From positions 34,348,001 through 34,412,000 of the forward strand of contig OX597824.1 in NCBI GenBank assembly GCA_951406725.2: DNA of 64,000 nucleotides. Reading direction: 5' to 3'. Below, in pieces: positions 26,405-37,656 of this stretch. A program made the position numbers and the translations under genes. The notes beneath the pieces are model-generated. The model did not search any database. It was not told the DNA's origin and saw only the letters and a list, made by a program, of their open reading frames with translations. Positions within the stretch are counted from its first letter, which is position 1; every line of letters starts with the position of its first letter. This DNA comes from Octopus vulgaris. Lineage: Eukaryota.

Positions 26405-26772
26405 AGCGAGAAAGAAGCAACAAGAATGGATAAGTTTTTAGTACAATCGTTTCATACAAAGACAGGCTTTATTAAAAGTTGCAAAAATTGCAGCATATAA
26501 ACGTGTCCCGTACTCATCAGCTAAAATACATGTGAGTTCCCTAGACATCTTAGTGGTTGAGGCTATACTCATGAAGTAATGTAGATAATTATCTACATTA
26601 CTTCATGAGTATAGCCTCAACCACTAAGATGTCTAGGGAACTCACATGTATTTTAGCTGATGAGTACGGGACACGTTTATATGCTGCAATTTTTGCAACT
26701 TTTAATAAAGCCTGTCTTTGTATGAAACGATTGTACTAAAAACTTATCCATTCTTGTTGCTTCTTTCTCGCT
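26405..26772. repeat. Perfect 368-bp palindrome (184-bp arms, centre 26588/26589)
   Basis: AGCGAGAAAG...GTAGATAA|TTATCTAC...CTTTCTCGCT; no spacer and no mismatch seen. Confidence 0.95.
26651..26741 (+). ncRNA. Intact type I hammerhead ribozyme motif (mirror copy at 26436-26526 on -)
   Basis: Stem I UUUUAG/CUAAAA; core CUGAUGA; long stem II GUACGGGACA...UGUCUUUGUAU; GAAA-C-GAUU-GUA. Predicted cleavage 3' of A26735. Confidence 0.8.
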
Positions 26773-27082
26773 TATAATCACCCCACATTACTGTATTGTT
26801 AAAACCGTATAGTTTTTTGGTGCATCTAAGTTAGGTACCATATTCAAGTAAATTCATTAAAATTGACTTGAATCTTTATTGCTTTTTATATATATATACA
26901 TGTATCTATATATATAATAGTTATCGCCATACTAATATGGCATTCTTATAAAAATAAGAAAAAAGCTGTCCGCTTATTAGCTCCATGAGGCCATCGCCTT
27001 AAGTTAGCTATTTGATACACAAACTGTATCCATATAACCTTCGAACAAGGGAGGTCAGTCGCTCCACACTACTTGACCGGCA

Positions 27083-27129
27083 GCTACAGACGCGTTTCGG
27101 AGTATTGCCCCTTTTCAATGCAGCGTAGC
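27083..27129 (-). ncRNA. Decayed minimal hammerhead motif of the PLE type
   Basis: GCUAC...UUGAAAA-GGGGC-AAU-ACUCC-GAAA-CGCG-UC-UGUAGC; ACGCGU is palindromic. Confidence 0.6.
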
Positions 27130-27451
27130 CAGCCAGTAGGTGTCGCTTCCGACAATCTCTGTTCGATGGTTTTATTTACCTAGTTTCGGTGGAATACATC
27201 CACTTGTTTTCAATAATAGAAATATTAAAATAACTAAGTCTCTCTAAAAGAGACTTAGTTATTTTAATATTTCTATTATTGAGTTATATTTACCTAGTTT
27301 CGGTGGAATACATCCACTTGTTTTCAATAATAGAAATATTAAAATAACTAAGTCTCTTAAGCTAAAGGCACCAGAATTTCGTTTGGTATTATCCATATAA
27401 ATCAAATGGGGTGATTATAATCAAAATAAGTAACAAGGATATCCAAGGTAG

Positions 27452-27539
27452 TGTAGTACAATTGTTTCATGCTACTTCATTTTATTAAACACTGTAAGTA
27501 TTACATCAGTTTTAAAATGTCCAGCAATCTTCAACCACA
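27452..27539 (-). ncRNA. Long-stem-II hammerhead motif (C3 to U)
   Basis: UGUGG-UUGAAGA-UUGCUG...UAGCAU-GAAA-C-AAUU-GUA-CUACA. The flank resembles the 26405 unit. Confidence 0.6.
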
Positions 27540-28459
27540 TATAGAATTTTTTAAAATTAAATGGACAATGCACATTCTTATACTTATTTCACTTGCCAAC
27601 ATTACTAAGATGGTAGATATATACACAGAGAGGTTAATTTCATAATTAATAACATGGTGGTAGTATGTTCCTCTCTGTCTGTAGATTTTTTATCACTGAG
27701 TTCACTTTGTTATTTAGATCTATCAGTGGGGAGGGGGTTTTCTATTCTTGGTTGAATGGAGACAAACAATAATTTTTTTCTATTTATAGATAGAGGAAGG
27801 GGTAGTACAAATGTCAAAGCGATAAATCCATCCATACATTTGAATGTATTATAGCAAAAGCATGTAGGCTGAAGTTAGTGGGGTAGGGAGAATAGAGACT
27901 ACTAATGCTCTAGAGGTTTTCAATGTCCCTTACCATTTAACAGCCATAATTCTGTATTGTGAATTTTAAATAAATATCCTTTAGATAATTTTCTGAAAGA
28001 TTCCAATATATATTAGTGTCTTATATAGGGATAGAAAATATAGAAATCATTTCATATTTATATAAATATATATATATATCCATTTCTATTAATATAGAAT
28101 CATAGTTAGTTAGTAAATAGTGATTTATTTTATTAATGAGTTAAATTAAAAGAATATGTTAGACATAATATTTACTAACTGTGGAAAAAAAAAAAACCTT
28201 ATCAATTTAGCACATATATCAGGAATCAATAAGATATATTAAAATGTAATGTAAGGGAGGTAATCAAGATGAACCAAATAATTTCCCTAGATATATAGAA
28301 TTTTTTGCAATCCCATATAGGAGAATATAAAAGAAATTCTAATTTCACTATATTTAAATTTATTTATATAAAAATCTCTCCCACTGATAAAGAACCTAAT
28401 AAATATAAGACTAAAGGGAATAACGAATCCTTAAAGGATATGGATAACATTAATCTTTC

Positions 28460-29340
28460 CCACCCTTACTCAAATAAAAAAATTCAAAAGAAAAAATATT
28501 GTATGGCTAAATATTCCCTTCAACTGTACAATTTCTACGAACATATACGGCAAATTTATGTCCATACTAGAAAAAACTTCCCTGCTTCCCATAAATATTA
28601 TAAAATAATTTCTAGTAAATCAGTGAGAATATCATACTCTACTCTTTCAAATATGGGTACCATAATAGCTAGACTAAATAGAAAAAATATTAAGTTAGCT
28701 AGAAATGGAATAAATAGTAACAACAATAATAATGATAATAATAAATATGATGATAATAATAATAATAACATTAATATAAACAATAATAATATCAATAATA
28801 TGAATGATAATAATAAAAATGTGGAAAGTGAGGAAATTAGGAAAAAATTAGTAACAAACAACTCTAACTTACATAACAATATAATTATAGATAAGGGAAA
28901 TAACACTAATGCTAGTAATAGCTCTAGTTATGAAAATAAAAACAGCTTGTTCCTAAATAATACTAATATCGGGAATCACCCCCCACCCCCCACCCCAGTT
29001 GTAATTGTAGAATTAGATCAAAATGTCCGGTATCTGGTCATTGGTTCAAAATGTAATTTATAAATGTATCTTTATTTCAGATGTTCCATAGACCTAAAGA
29101 AACGTTTGAACAATCATTTTTTCTTCTTTTAGACTTAAACATAAGGCGGGTTGCACAATGCTGTCTAGTAAAATTTGGGAACTGAAGGAAAAAAATATCG
29201 AATTTAACCTAAGATGGGATATAATAAAAAAGGCACAGCCTTATAAAAATAGTAGGGATGGATGTGAACTTTGTTCTATGGAGACATAGGAAATTTTGAA
29301 ACATAGTAATAATACAAACTTATTGATTAACTGTTCTGAA
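28460..29340 (+). mobile_element. Penelope-like element pseudo-ORF: RT C-terminus, Asn-rich linker, Cys motif and GIY-YIG endonuclease remnant
   Basis: NFPASHKYYKIIS..SVRISYSTLSNM..II..LN; CNCRIRSKCPVSG; NVIYKC; LKKRLNNH; TMLSSKIWELKE...W.II....PY......CELCSME, across frameshifts. Confidence 0.8.
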
Positions 29341-29769
29341 TAAGTCTTTGGGCCGATTTGTTTGACTAAAAACCTTCAAGGAAGTTCTCCAGCATGGCTG
29401 CAGTCAACTAACTGTAACAAGTGGTCATTATCAAAAGATTATATATATCTCATACTGCTATTAATTAAAATGAGAAAGACCTTTATATCTCATCTTTCAA
29501 TAGCAAATCACAATAATAACACTGCCATGTTTCCTTCTCGGTGACAGTGTAAGGAAGTGTACCATTATCGTTTCGCACTTGCTTTTCCACAACATTTCAA
29601 TATTTTATTAAACACTTTGCAATCTGGAACATTTTATGCGTATCATCCTTATGCCATGAAACGTAAAATCTACTTTCTGCTTTTCTCCTTGCTAATTACA
29701 TCTTATGTTTTACTTTCCTTCTTTGAATTACTTGATAAAGTTCTCTGCTTATTCCTTTCTTTCAGTCTT

Positions 29770-30260
29770 TCTAGGCCACCCTCTTGAGTTTTGAGGCACC
29801 AGCTGCAATATTATTGCAGTTAGTCTAATTTTAAAATTTGATCCTGGTTTCCATGTTTTTATGAGATGATAGACGGCTGCAAGTTTACTTTTTCTTGTGG
29901 TGAAGTTGTACTTAATCTTGTTTATAAGTAAACTCTCTTCACAGGTGTTCGTCCAGCCAGTGTTTATGATAGCTTTCGAGCTGGCTAGGTGTGATGTTAT
30001 TGACTTTTTCATGTAATGTGACGGTGTTAAGATGCTTAAATGCCAAGTTGTCATAGTTATCTATTAAACAGAATTCTCTCCCTTGATCTGAAGATGGGCT
30101 TATAAGCGTTAAAAAAAAAATTTAAATTTTTTTCTTTTAACAGGTTTTTTTTGTTTAGAGTCAGGAATCGGGAGTTGAAGAAAGTAAAGGATGGAGTGGA
30201 ATGTTTTTGTAAGGGGCTGAAATTTTTCCCAGTTGTATTCTTGTAGTGATAGGTCTTATC
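29770..30260 (-). mobile_element. Second degenerate PLE RT fragment (same family as 19215-19555)
   Basis: Shared FTTRKSKLA..YHLIKTWKPGS..KIRLTA. Confidence 0.55.
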
Positions 30261-30566
30261 TCTTCCAGTTACACTTGAATGACATCACACATATATTTTA
30301 TTCAACACTATCTCATGTGACGTTAATTATTTACACACATTCATCTCAAAAGTGAATAGACTCCATCATTTTTGAAAAATTTATTTCTAGGAACAAGATA
30401 ATGTCATTTGATGCATTTAAATATTTAAACTAGTGTTTAAAAGGCTTACCTTGTGCACAATACTTTAACAAGTTTGAAGCATCAGGCAGCATCTGCACAG
30501 GTTAAGAAATATAAATCTGCTGTAGTTGATACTGAAATACTATTTTGAAGTTTGTTTTCTTTGCAG

Positions 30567-30717
30567 GTTCTTTTATTTCCCGAAGGAACAGATTTGACAG
30601 AACAAACTGTGAAGAAGAGTAATGACTATGCTGAAAAACACCATTTAGAAAAATATCAATATGTTTTACATCCGAAAACCACTGGATTTGTCTATATTGC
30701 TGAACACCTCCGTAAGG
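30567..30717 (+). CDS. LCLAT1: LCLAT1 coding exon 4 (motifs III FPEGT and IV LHPKTTG)
   Basis: TTGCAG acceptor; VLLFPEGTDL...YVLHPKTTGF...HLRK; donor GTATGT; 151 nt, phase 0 to 1. Confidence 0.95.
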
Positions 30718-30779
30718 GTATGTGTGTCTACATCATTTGAAACATATTTTTTTATCTGGGAGGGTCGTTGGGGTAGTGT

Positions 30780-31100
30780 ATTCAGACATCTCTTCCTTAG
30801 GGTCCTATCAGAAATAAACATCATTAGATTTTCCAGCTGGATTTCCAAGCATGACCAACTAAAGATTATGGATATTTTCCAGCCATCTCAATCCAACCTT
30901 GGGTCTGCTGTTGGTTTACTCTACTTGAAGATTCCATATTTTGATTCTTTCCTACAACATTCTAATTACATGTCCATGGTACCAGAGCTAATGTGGAGAA
31001 GTAGCAGATCAATCTGAAGAAACTCTGCTGATCTTCAAGTTATGCACCCTGTTAAGTAATATTATTCTAGAGACTCTTTGGAACCCCATTTCGGCTGTTT
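30780..31100 (-). mobile_element. LINE 3' remnant, homologous to 50940-51290(+)
   Basis: Shared CCAAGCATGACCAACT block and an RP.RW-like remnant. Confidence 0.5.
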
Positions 31101-33815
31101 ATGTTTTCTCTTTTAATTTTAATATATCATTTGAAAAATTAAATATAAACTGTCCAATTGTACATTTAACTATTTGAGCTGAATTTTTGATAAGATGATC
31201 GGTTTTCTGACCATTAATCTTTTTTTTTTTTTTTTTTTAACACTTTAGTATTGAAACTGGCTATATCAGGCCCAAATATTTTACCTGTCTTATGCTTCGA
31301 CTAGCCAGACCCAGCCTCTCACACTTATTCTGTCATTCTTAAAATAAACAATCACATCATCGAAATATCAAAGCTACAAGATAATAGATGATAAGTTCAA
31401 AATAATAAATAAATAAGCATTACATTCAACAGAATAATCTGAATACTAAAAAGTATTCAAAGAATTAAAAAGGTAGTTTTCAATCTGAAAGATTAGCTTT
31501 AATATCTTAATTTTATTTTTCACTTATTTTATTCATTTGACTCTGGCTATGCTAGGATACCACCTTTAAGAATTTTAGTCAGACTAATCAACGACCATCA
31601 TCATCATTTAACATCAGTTTTCCATGGACAGTTTAACAGGAGCTGGCCTGCTAGAAAGCTGCCTGGGCTTCATTTGATTGTTTTGGCATGGTTTCTACAA
31701 CTGGATGTTCTTCCTAATGCCAACCACTTTACAGGATGCTCTTTACATGGCACTGACTCAAGTGCTTGATATGTGATACTGGCACCGATGCTTTATATGT
31801 TGCACAAGCATAGGTGCTTTTATGTGGCACCAGCACAGATGCTTTTATGTGGCACCAGCACAGGTGCTCTTATGTGGAACTGGCACAGGTCCTCTTATGT
31901 GGCACTGACACAGGTGTTCTTACGTGACTCTGGCACAGGTACCCTAACATGGCACAGGCACGGGTGCTTTTTATGTGGAACCAGCACCGATGCTTTCCTA
32001 TGTGATAACAGCGCAGGTGCTTTTTATGTGGCACCAGCGTCCATGAGCCCACTAGACAAAGACTGCTAGGCTGAGTGAGGGAGTGGTGGGGCATGGCTGT
32101 AAAGGACATGCTTGAATGTATGGATGACTACAATTTTACTTAGCTTGACTTCTCAAGCCCAACAAATTGCCAGAAATCTCACTCCCATAATATTTATTAT
32201 CTTTTTAAGCTTGGCACTTATTCTGTCAGTCTCTTTTACTGAACTGATAAGTTACAGGGACGTAAACACACCAACACCAGTTGTCAAGTGGTGGTTGAGG
32301 ACAAAGACACACAGTCATATATATGTATATGATGGGCTTCTTTCAGTTTCTGTGACTAAATCTACTCGCAAGTCTTTGGTCAGTCTGAAGCTATAACAGA
32401 AGACACTTGCCCAAAGTACCATGCAGTGGGGCTGACCCGGTATCATGTGGCTGGGAAACAAACTTCTTACCATGCCTGCACCATGATTAGCTTTAGTATT
32501 TTTCTTTTATCTTTTACATACTTTGGTCATTAGACTCTGGCCATGCTGTGGTGCCACCTTGAAAAGTTTTCGTCAGACAGATTGAACACAGTGCTTACCT
32601 TTTAGGTCTGGTTCTTATTCTCTCAGTCTCTTTTGCTGAACTGCTAGGTTATAGAGACGTAAACAAACCAACACCAGTTGGTTTGTCATGTAGTTGGGGT
32701 GGGAAACACAGACACTGTGACACACACACACACTTATGTTTATGAATTTGTGTTGCAAGATTCCTGATGTGAAACCATGTGTTGAAACATATATTGTATT
32801 TTGGGATGGTCATTTTTTTCCCCCAAATAAACACACAAACTATGTATTCATTCTTCACTCATTTTGACCTCTTCATTGACACTTTCTGTCTTTGTGTGTG
32901 CTCTTGCTCTGCTTATTCCATTCTGAGAATAGAATAAAGGAATGTTGGCCTGCTCGCCTAGCCAGCAGGGTGATGTCATTTCAAAGGTAAAACAATGCAA
33001 AGCGCATTGTGGCCAGTTGACCAGTGGTATATAACAATATCTGATTGTCTGGGTGATACCATGACACTGTGAATTTTTGGTTGGAACAACATTTTGAATG
33101 CCGTTGCCTCAGCAGTTAATCTGTTTTCTATTTTCTAAAATTGTCATGTCATTGTTAGAAACTTGTGATGACAACAAATAACAGATGTTGTCCGTGTCAA
33201 ATGTTTATTAGATTAAAATATGGAATATTGATATTTAAATTTAGTCTTTTTCTGTAAAGTAGTCTTTTTCTCTGAAGTACAAAAAAAATTGCAATGTTAA
33301 TTGAGTTTGTTCATATCCAGTGATCTTAAGATATAAAACAAGGAGAATATGATATTGCAAACTATTTGTTTAATAGCTATTTAGAACTGAACCTTTTAAA
33401 TTGGCTATATTCAGCCAAAATATTATAGTTGCTTTATGTTCAAACTGGTCACATTTGCCTCCTTACACCTACCCTACATTGTCATTCTAAAAATAAACTA
33501 CCACGTCATCATACACTTGAAGCTACAAGATAATTCATGATTAATTCAAAACAATGTGAATAACTAAGCGTTACATTTAACAAAATAATCTGAATGCTAA
33601 AGGGTTAACATCTTCAGTTTATTTTAACATTATTGGTTTTAATGATCCTTGCATCATCATTATTTAACGTCAGTCTTCCATGCTGGCATGGGTTTCATGG
33701 TTTGACAGGAGCTAGAATGCCAGAGGGCTACAAGCTCCACTGTCTATTTTTGGCATGGTTTTATACGGTTGGATGCCTTTCCTAGCACCAACCACTTAAT
33801 AGATACAACAAAATG

Positions 33816-33855
<40 letters not shown>

Positions 33856-34256
33856 TCTTACTCTTTTACTTGTTTCAGTCAGTTGACTGTGGCCATGCTG
33901 GAGTACCGCCTTTAGTCAAGCAAATTGACCCCAGGACTTATTCTTTGTAAGCCCAGTACTTATTCTATCGGTCTCTTTTGCCGAACCGCTAAGTGACGGG
34001 GACATAAACACACCAGCATCGGTTAAGCAATGCTAGAGGGACAAACACAGACATACAAACATATACATACACATACATATATATATACATATATACTACA
34101 GGCTTCTTTCAGTTTCCGTCTACCAAATCCACTCACAAGGCTTTGGTTGGCCCGAGGCTATAGCAGAAGACACTTGCCCAAGATGCCACGCAGTGGGACT
34201 GAACCCGGAACCATGTGGTTGGTTAGCAAGCTACTTACCACACAGCCACTCCTGTG

Positions 34257-34321
<65 letters not shown>

Positions 34322-34705
34322 CTTTACTACCCACAAGGGGCTAAACATAGAGGGGACAAACAAGGACAGACAAAGGGATTAAGTCGATTACATCGACCCA
34401 GTGCGAAACTGGTACTTTATTTATCGACCCCGAGAGGATGAAAGGCAAAGTCGACCTCGGCGGAATTTGAACTCAGAACGTAACGACAGACTAAATACGG
34501 CTACGCATTTCGCCTGGCGTGCTAACGATTCTGCCCCGCCGTGTTAACATGTACCTCCTTGCAACAATGTAAACTTTCATTTAATCAAAATATCCTTGCC
34601 TGAAGAGTAGCCTGTGGTATACACCTTGTTTGGATATTTACCTCTTCTGAAGTTTTGCTTACTATGGAACATGTAGCCTGGATCTTATCAACTCCATTCC
34701 ATATA

Positions 34706-35964
34706 CAGGGGTTGGACAAAATAATGGAAACACCTTGCATAATAGCATCATAATTTTGAAATATTTATAAAACTGTCAAAAGTTTATTTATTTTCTTATT
34801 AGTGTTGCTTAATATGCTTTGCTAAAATTGCTGTTTCTTTTCAGATATCATCACAAAAAGGTAATTAAAATTCATTAAAATGACAGATCTGTCGGGCTTT
34901 CAAAGCAGTCAAATTATTGGTGCTCGTATGGCAGGTGCTAGTATAACAAAAACAGCCGAAATGTTTGGTGTATCAAGAAGTACTGTCTTGAAAGTAATGA
35001 CACAGCCTTTGAGAAAGAGGGAAAAACCTCCTTGTCGAAACAAAGCTCTGGAAGAAAACCAAAACTTTCAGATAGTTTGGACTCTTACGCAAATTGTTAG
35101 AAAGGATCACAAAAGTACAGCTCCCAAAATTACTGCAGAGCTTAATGGCCACCTCAAGAAGCCAGTTTCCACAAAAACTGTTTGCCGGGAGCTGCACAAA
35201 GCTGGATTTCACAGGAGGGTTGCAATCAGAAAACCACTACTTTCAAAAACAAATGTTGCAAAGTGTTTAGAGTGGAGTAAAAACTTAGAGAATTGGTCCC
35301 TAGAGCAGTGGAAGAATGTTATTTTCTCGGACAAGTCCTCATTCACCTTATTTCCGACCACCAGCCAAGTATACGTGTGGAGACAGCCAAAAGAAGCATT
35401 TGTCCCAGACTGTCTTCTCCCAACTGTTAAACATGAAGGAGGATTTGTGATGATCTGGGGGGCTGTATCTTGGAAATCTGCTAGCCCAATGGTTTCCCTT
35501 CATGACAGAATTAATAGTCAAGACTATTTAAGCATTTTATCCGATCAAATTCATCCTATGGTTGCAGAACTGTTTCCAGAGGGAAACGCAATCTTTCAGG
35601 ATGATAATGCACCAATTCCCACAGCTAAAATTGTTACTGAATGGCACGAGGAACATTCTAGTGAAGTTGAACATCTTATCTGGCCACCACAGTCCCCAGA
35701 TCTCAGTATTATTGAAGATTTATGGTGCATTTTAGAAAAACAAGTAAGGAGTTGCTATCATCCATCGTCATCACTACAAGAACTGGAGACTGTTTTAGCT
35801 GAAGAATGGACAAAAATTCCTTTGGAAACAATTCAAACTTTGTACGAGTCCACACCTTGTAGAATTCAAGCTGTAATTACTTCCAAAGATGGTCCTACCC
35901 CATATTAAAATAGATAGATTTGTTTGAAATTTTACGGTGTTTCTATTATTTTGTCCAACCCATG
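34706..35964 (+). mobile_element. Full-length Tc1-like transposon with DD36E spacing (Incomer-like)
   Basis: TA TSD; about 29-bp TIRs CAGGGGTTGGACAAAATAATGGAAACACC with 2 mismatches; 1259 bp long. Confidence 0.95.
34880..35908 (+). pseudogene. Tc1-family transposase, 342-aa ORF, probably defective
   Basis: IFSD, QDDNAP and SPDLSIIE motifs with D-x36-E. Compensating frameshifts at about 35001-35077 and substitutions DESSF to DKSSF and NAPxH to NAPIP. Confidence 0.85.
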
Positions 35965-36895
35965 TATATAAGTGCATGTATGGTTAAGAAGTTTGCTTCT
36001 TAATCAAATAGTCTTAGGTTCAGTCCCACTGTGCAGCACCTTGGGATGGTATAACTCCAGGGTGACCAAAGTCTTGTCATTGGATTTTGTAAGCAGAAAC
36101 TGAAAGAGGCCCAGTGTATATGTGGTTGCATGTTTTTACCACTGTGCTAACATTCCTGTGATGATTGTAAACATGCTTCAATATCATACAAACAATGTTC
36201 ATTTTCAGTCTTCTAGAGCAAAACATGCCTAACTATGGAGAAATATGAACTTGTTTGGAAACGGGTGAAGGTTGGCAACAGGAAGGGCATCCATCTGACC
36301 CATGCAAACATGGAAAAGTGAAATGATGATAAATATTCACTACAGTTATGCAGTTTAATTATTAGTAGTATAGCATAGTCAAACAAGCTGGGTACAATTG
36401 TAAATTAAGGAGAAATACTGAAGAACTGATACAGATCGAAGGCTGTATGTTATTGAGTTTACTAATCTGCCTATTTTGAGTAAAACCACATCTAACAAAA
36501 GTTATTGTTTAAACCCAAGCCAGCTCTAATTGAGTAGGCCATTAATAAAAGATAGTCCAACTATGGCCATTCAATTTTTTTAATATATCTAAAACATCCT
36601 TTTTTTAAAGGTAACAGGATGTGAAGTGAAGGAGATTTTGTAGCTATTTCTAGCATCATGAGCAGCTGCATAGAAGCTTCTTATTGGATTACTGTTGTTG
36701 CAGCTGTTTTATTTTTTTACATTTCTTTCTCATTTTCACACAAATGCAATTTCCTTCATTGGCAAAGCAATTAAAATATTTGTCTGCTTGAATAAAACAA
36801 GCATTGTTTTTATAAACACTATCCTCTGTGTACACTTAACAGATCATTCACCTCCTTTATTATTTATTTTTTTTTTTTTCATTTACTCTTTCTAG

Positions 36896-37383
36896 ATAAC
36901 CAAATGGAAGCTATTTGGGACCTTTCAATTGCTTATCCTATTAATATTCCTCAAGATGAAATTGATATCGTCATGGGAAATTTTCCAAAAGAAGTTCACT
37001 TTTATGTCCGTACATTTCCAAATGATAAACTCCCTCAAACACACGATGACCTCATACTCTGGTGTAAAGATGCATGGAGCACAAAAGAAAATCTGCTGAA
37101 ACAATTTTATACAGAGAAATTTTTCTCAGCAGAATTAAAATCAAATCCAAGAGGCCCATATCGAGCACGAAGTGAGTTTTTGGTTCGCTCTATTTTATAT
37201 GTGTTTTTGATAGGTTGGAGTATTTTGTTACTTTTTATGCTCTACTGTTTTTATTGTTCATCATTTGTTCGCTGGTACTGTCTGTTCATCAGTATCTTCT
37301 ATACTGTGATAACTACATCATATTTTGGAGTGGACATTTTGCAAACAAAAATACTTGATTGGCACAAAGAAAAGAAATGCTAA
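36896..37383 (+). CDS. LCLAT1: LCLAT1 terminal coding exon (C-terminal domain, two TM segments, KxKxx ER-retrieval end KEKKC)
   Basis: TCTAG acceptor; (D)NQMEAIWDLSIAYP...WCKDAWSTKE...KEKKC-stop. Spliced CDS totals 1128 nt = 375 aa. Confidence 0.95.
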
Positions 37384-37471
37384 TTAGTTACACTGTCAAT
37401 TTGATTAGATCAACACTGCTGCCTTTTTTTTTATCCTTGCATATTTTTCTTCATCTTTTTTTTTTTTTTTT

Positions 37472-37656
37472 AATAAATAGAAGATGAAGAAATATCATGC
37501 TTTCGTGACTGCTCTTATTTACCTTTGTATAAAATTTATCAATTCAAATGTTACAAAAGTTTACTTAGGAAGTATATTTATTCAAGAGACTTCATATTCT
37601 TTCCTTTGATCCAATAATATATACAATATGTTGTTTTATAGTAATAAAAAAATAAA
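37472..37656 (+). terminator. Candidate polyadenylation signals of LCLAT1
   Basis: AATAAA at 37472, 37643 and 37651, with T/GT-rich sequence downstream. Confidence 0.4.

Noticed and set aside
29000-29066. TGG at the expected fourth Cys of the PLE motif as a relic selenocysteine TGA
   Set aside because: The frame shifts at exactly this point (VQNVIYKC continues in another frame), so a small deletion explains it better.
31745-32040. CRISPR-like periodic repeats
   Set aside because: The units are head-to-tail with no unique spacers, the context is eukaryotic, and there are no cas genes.
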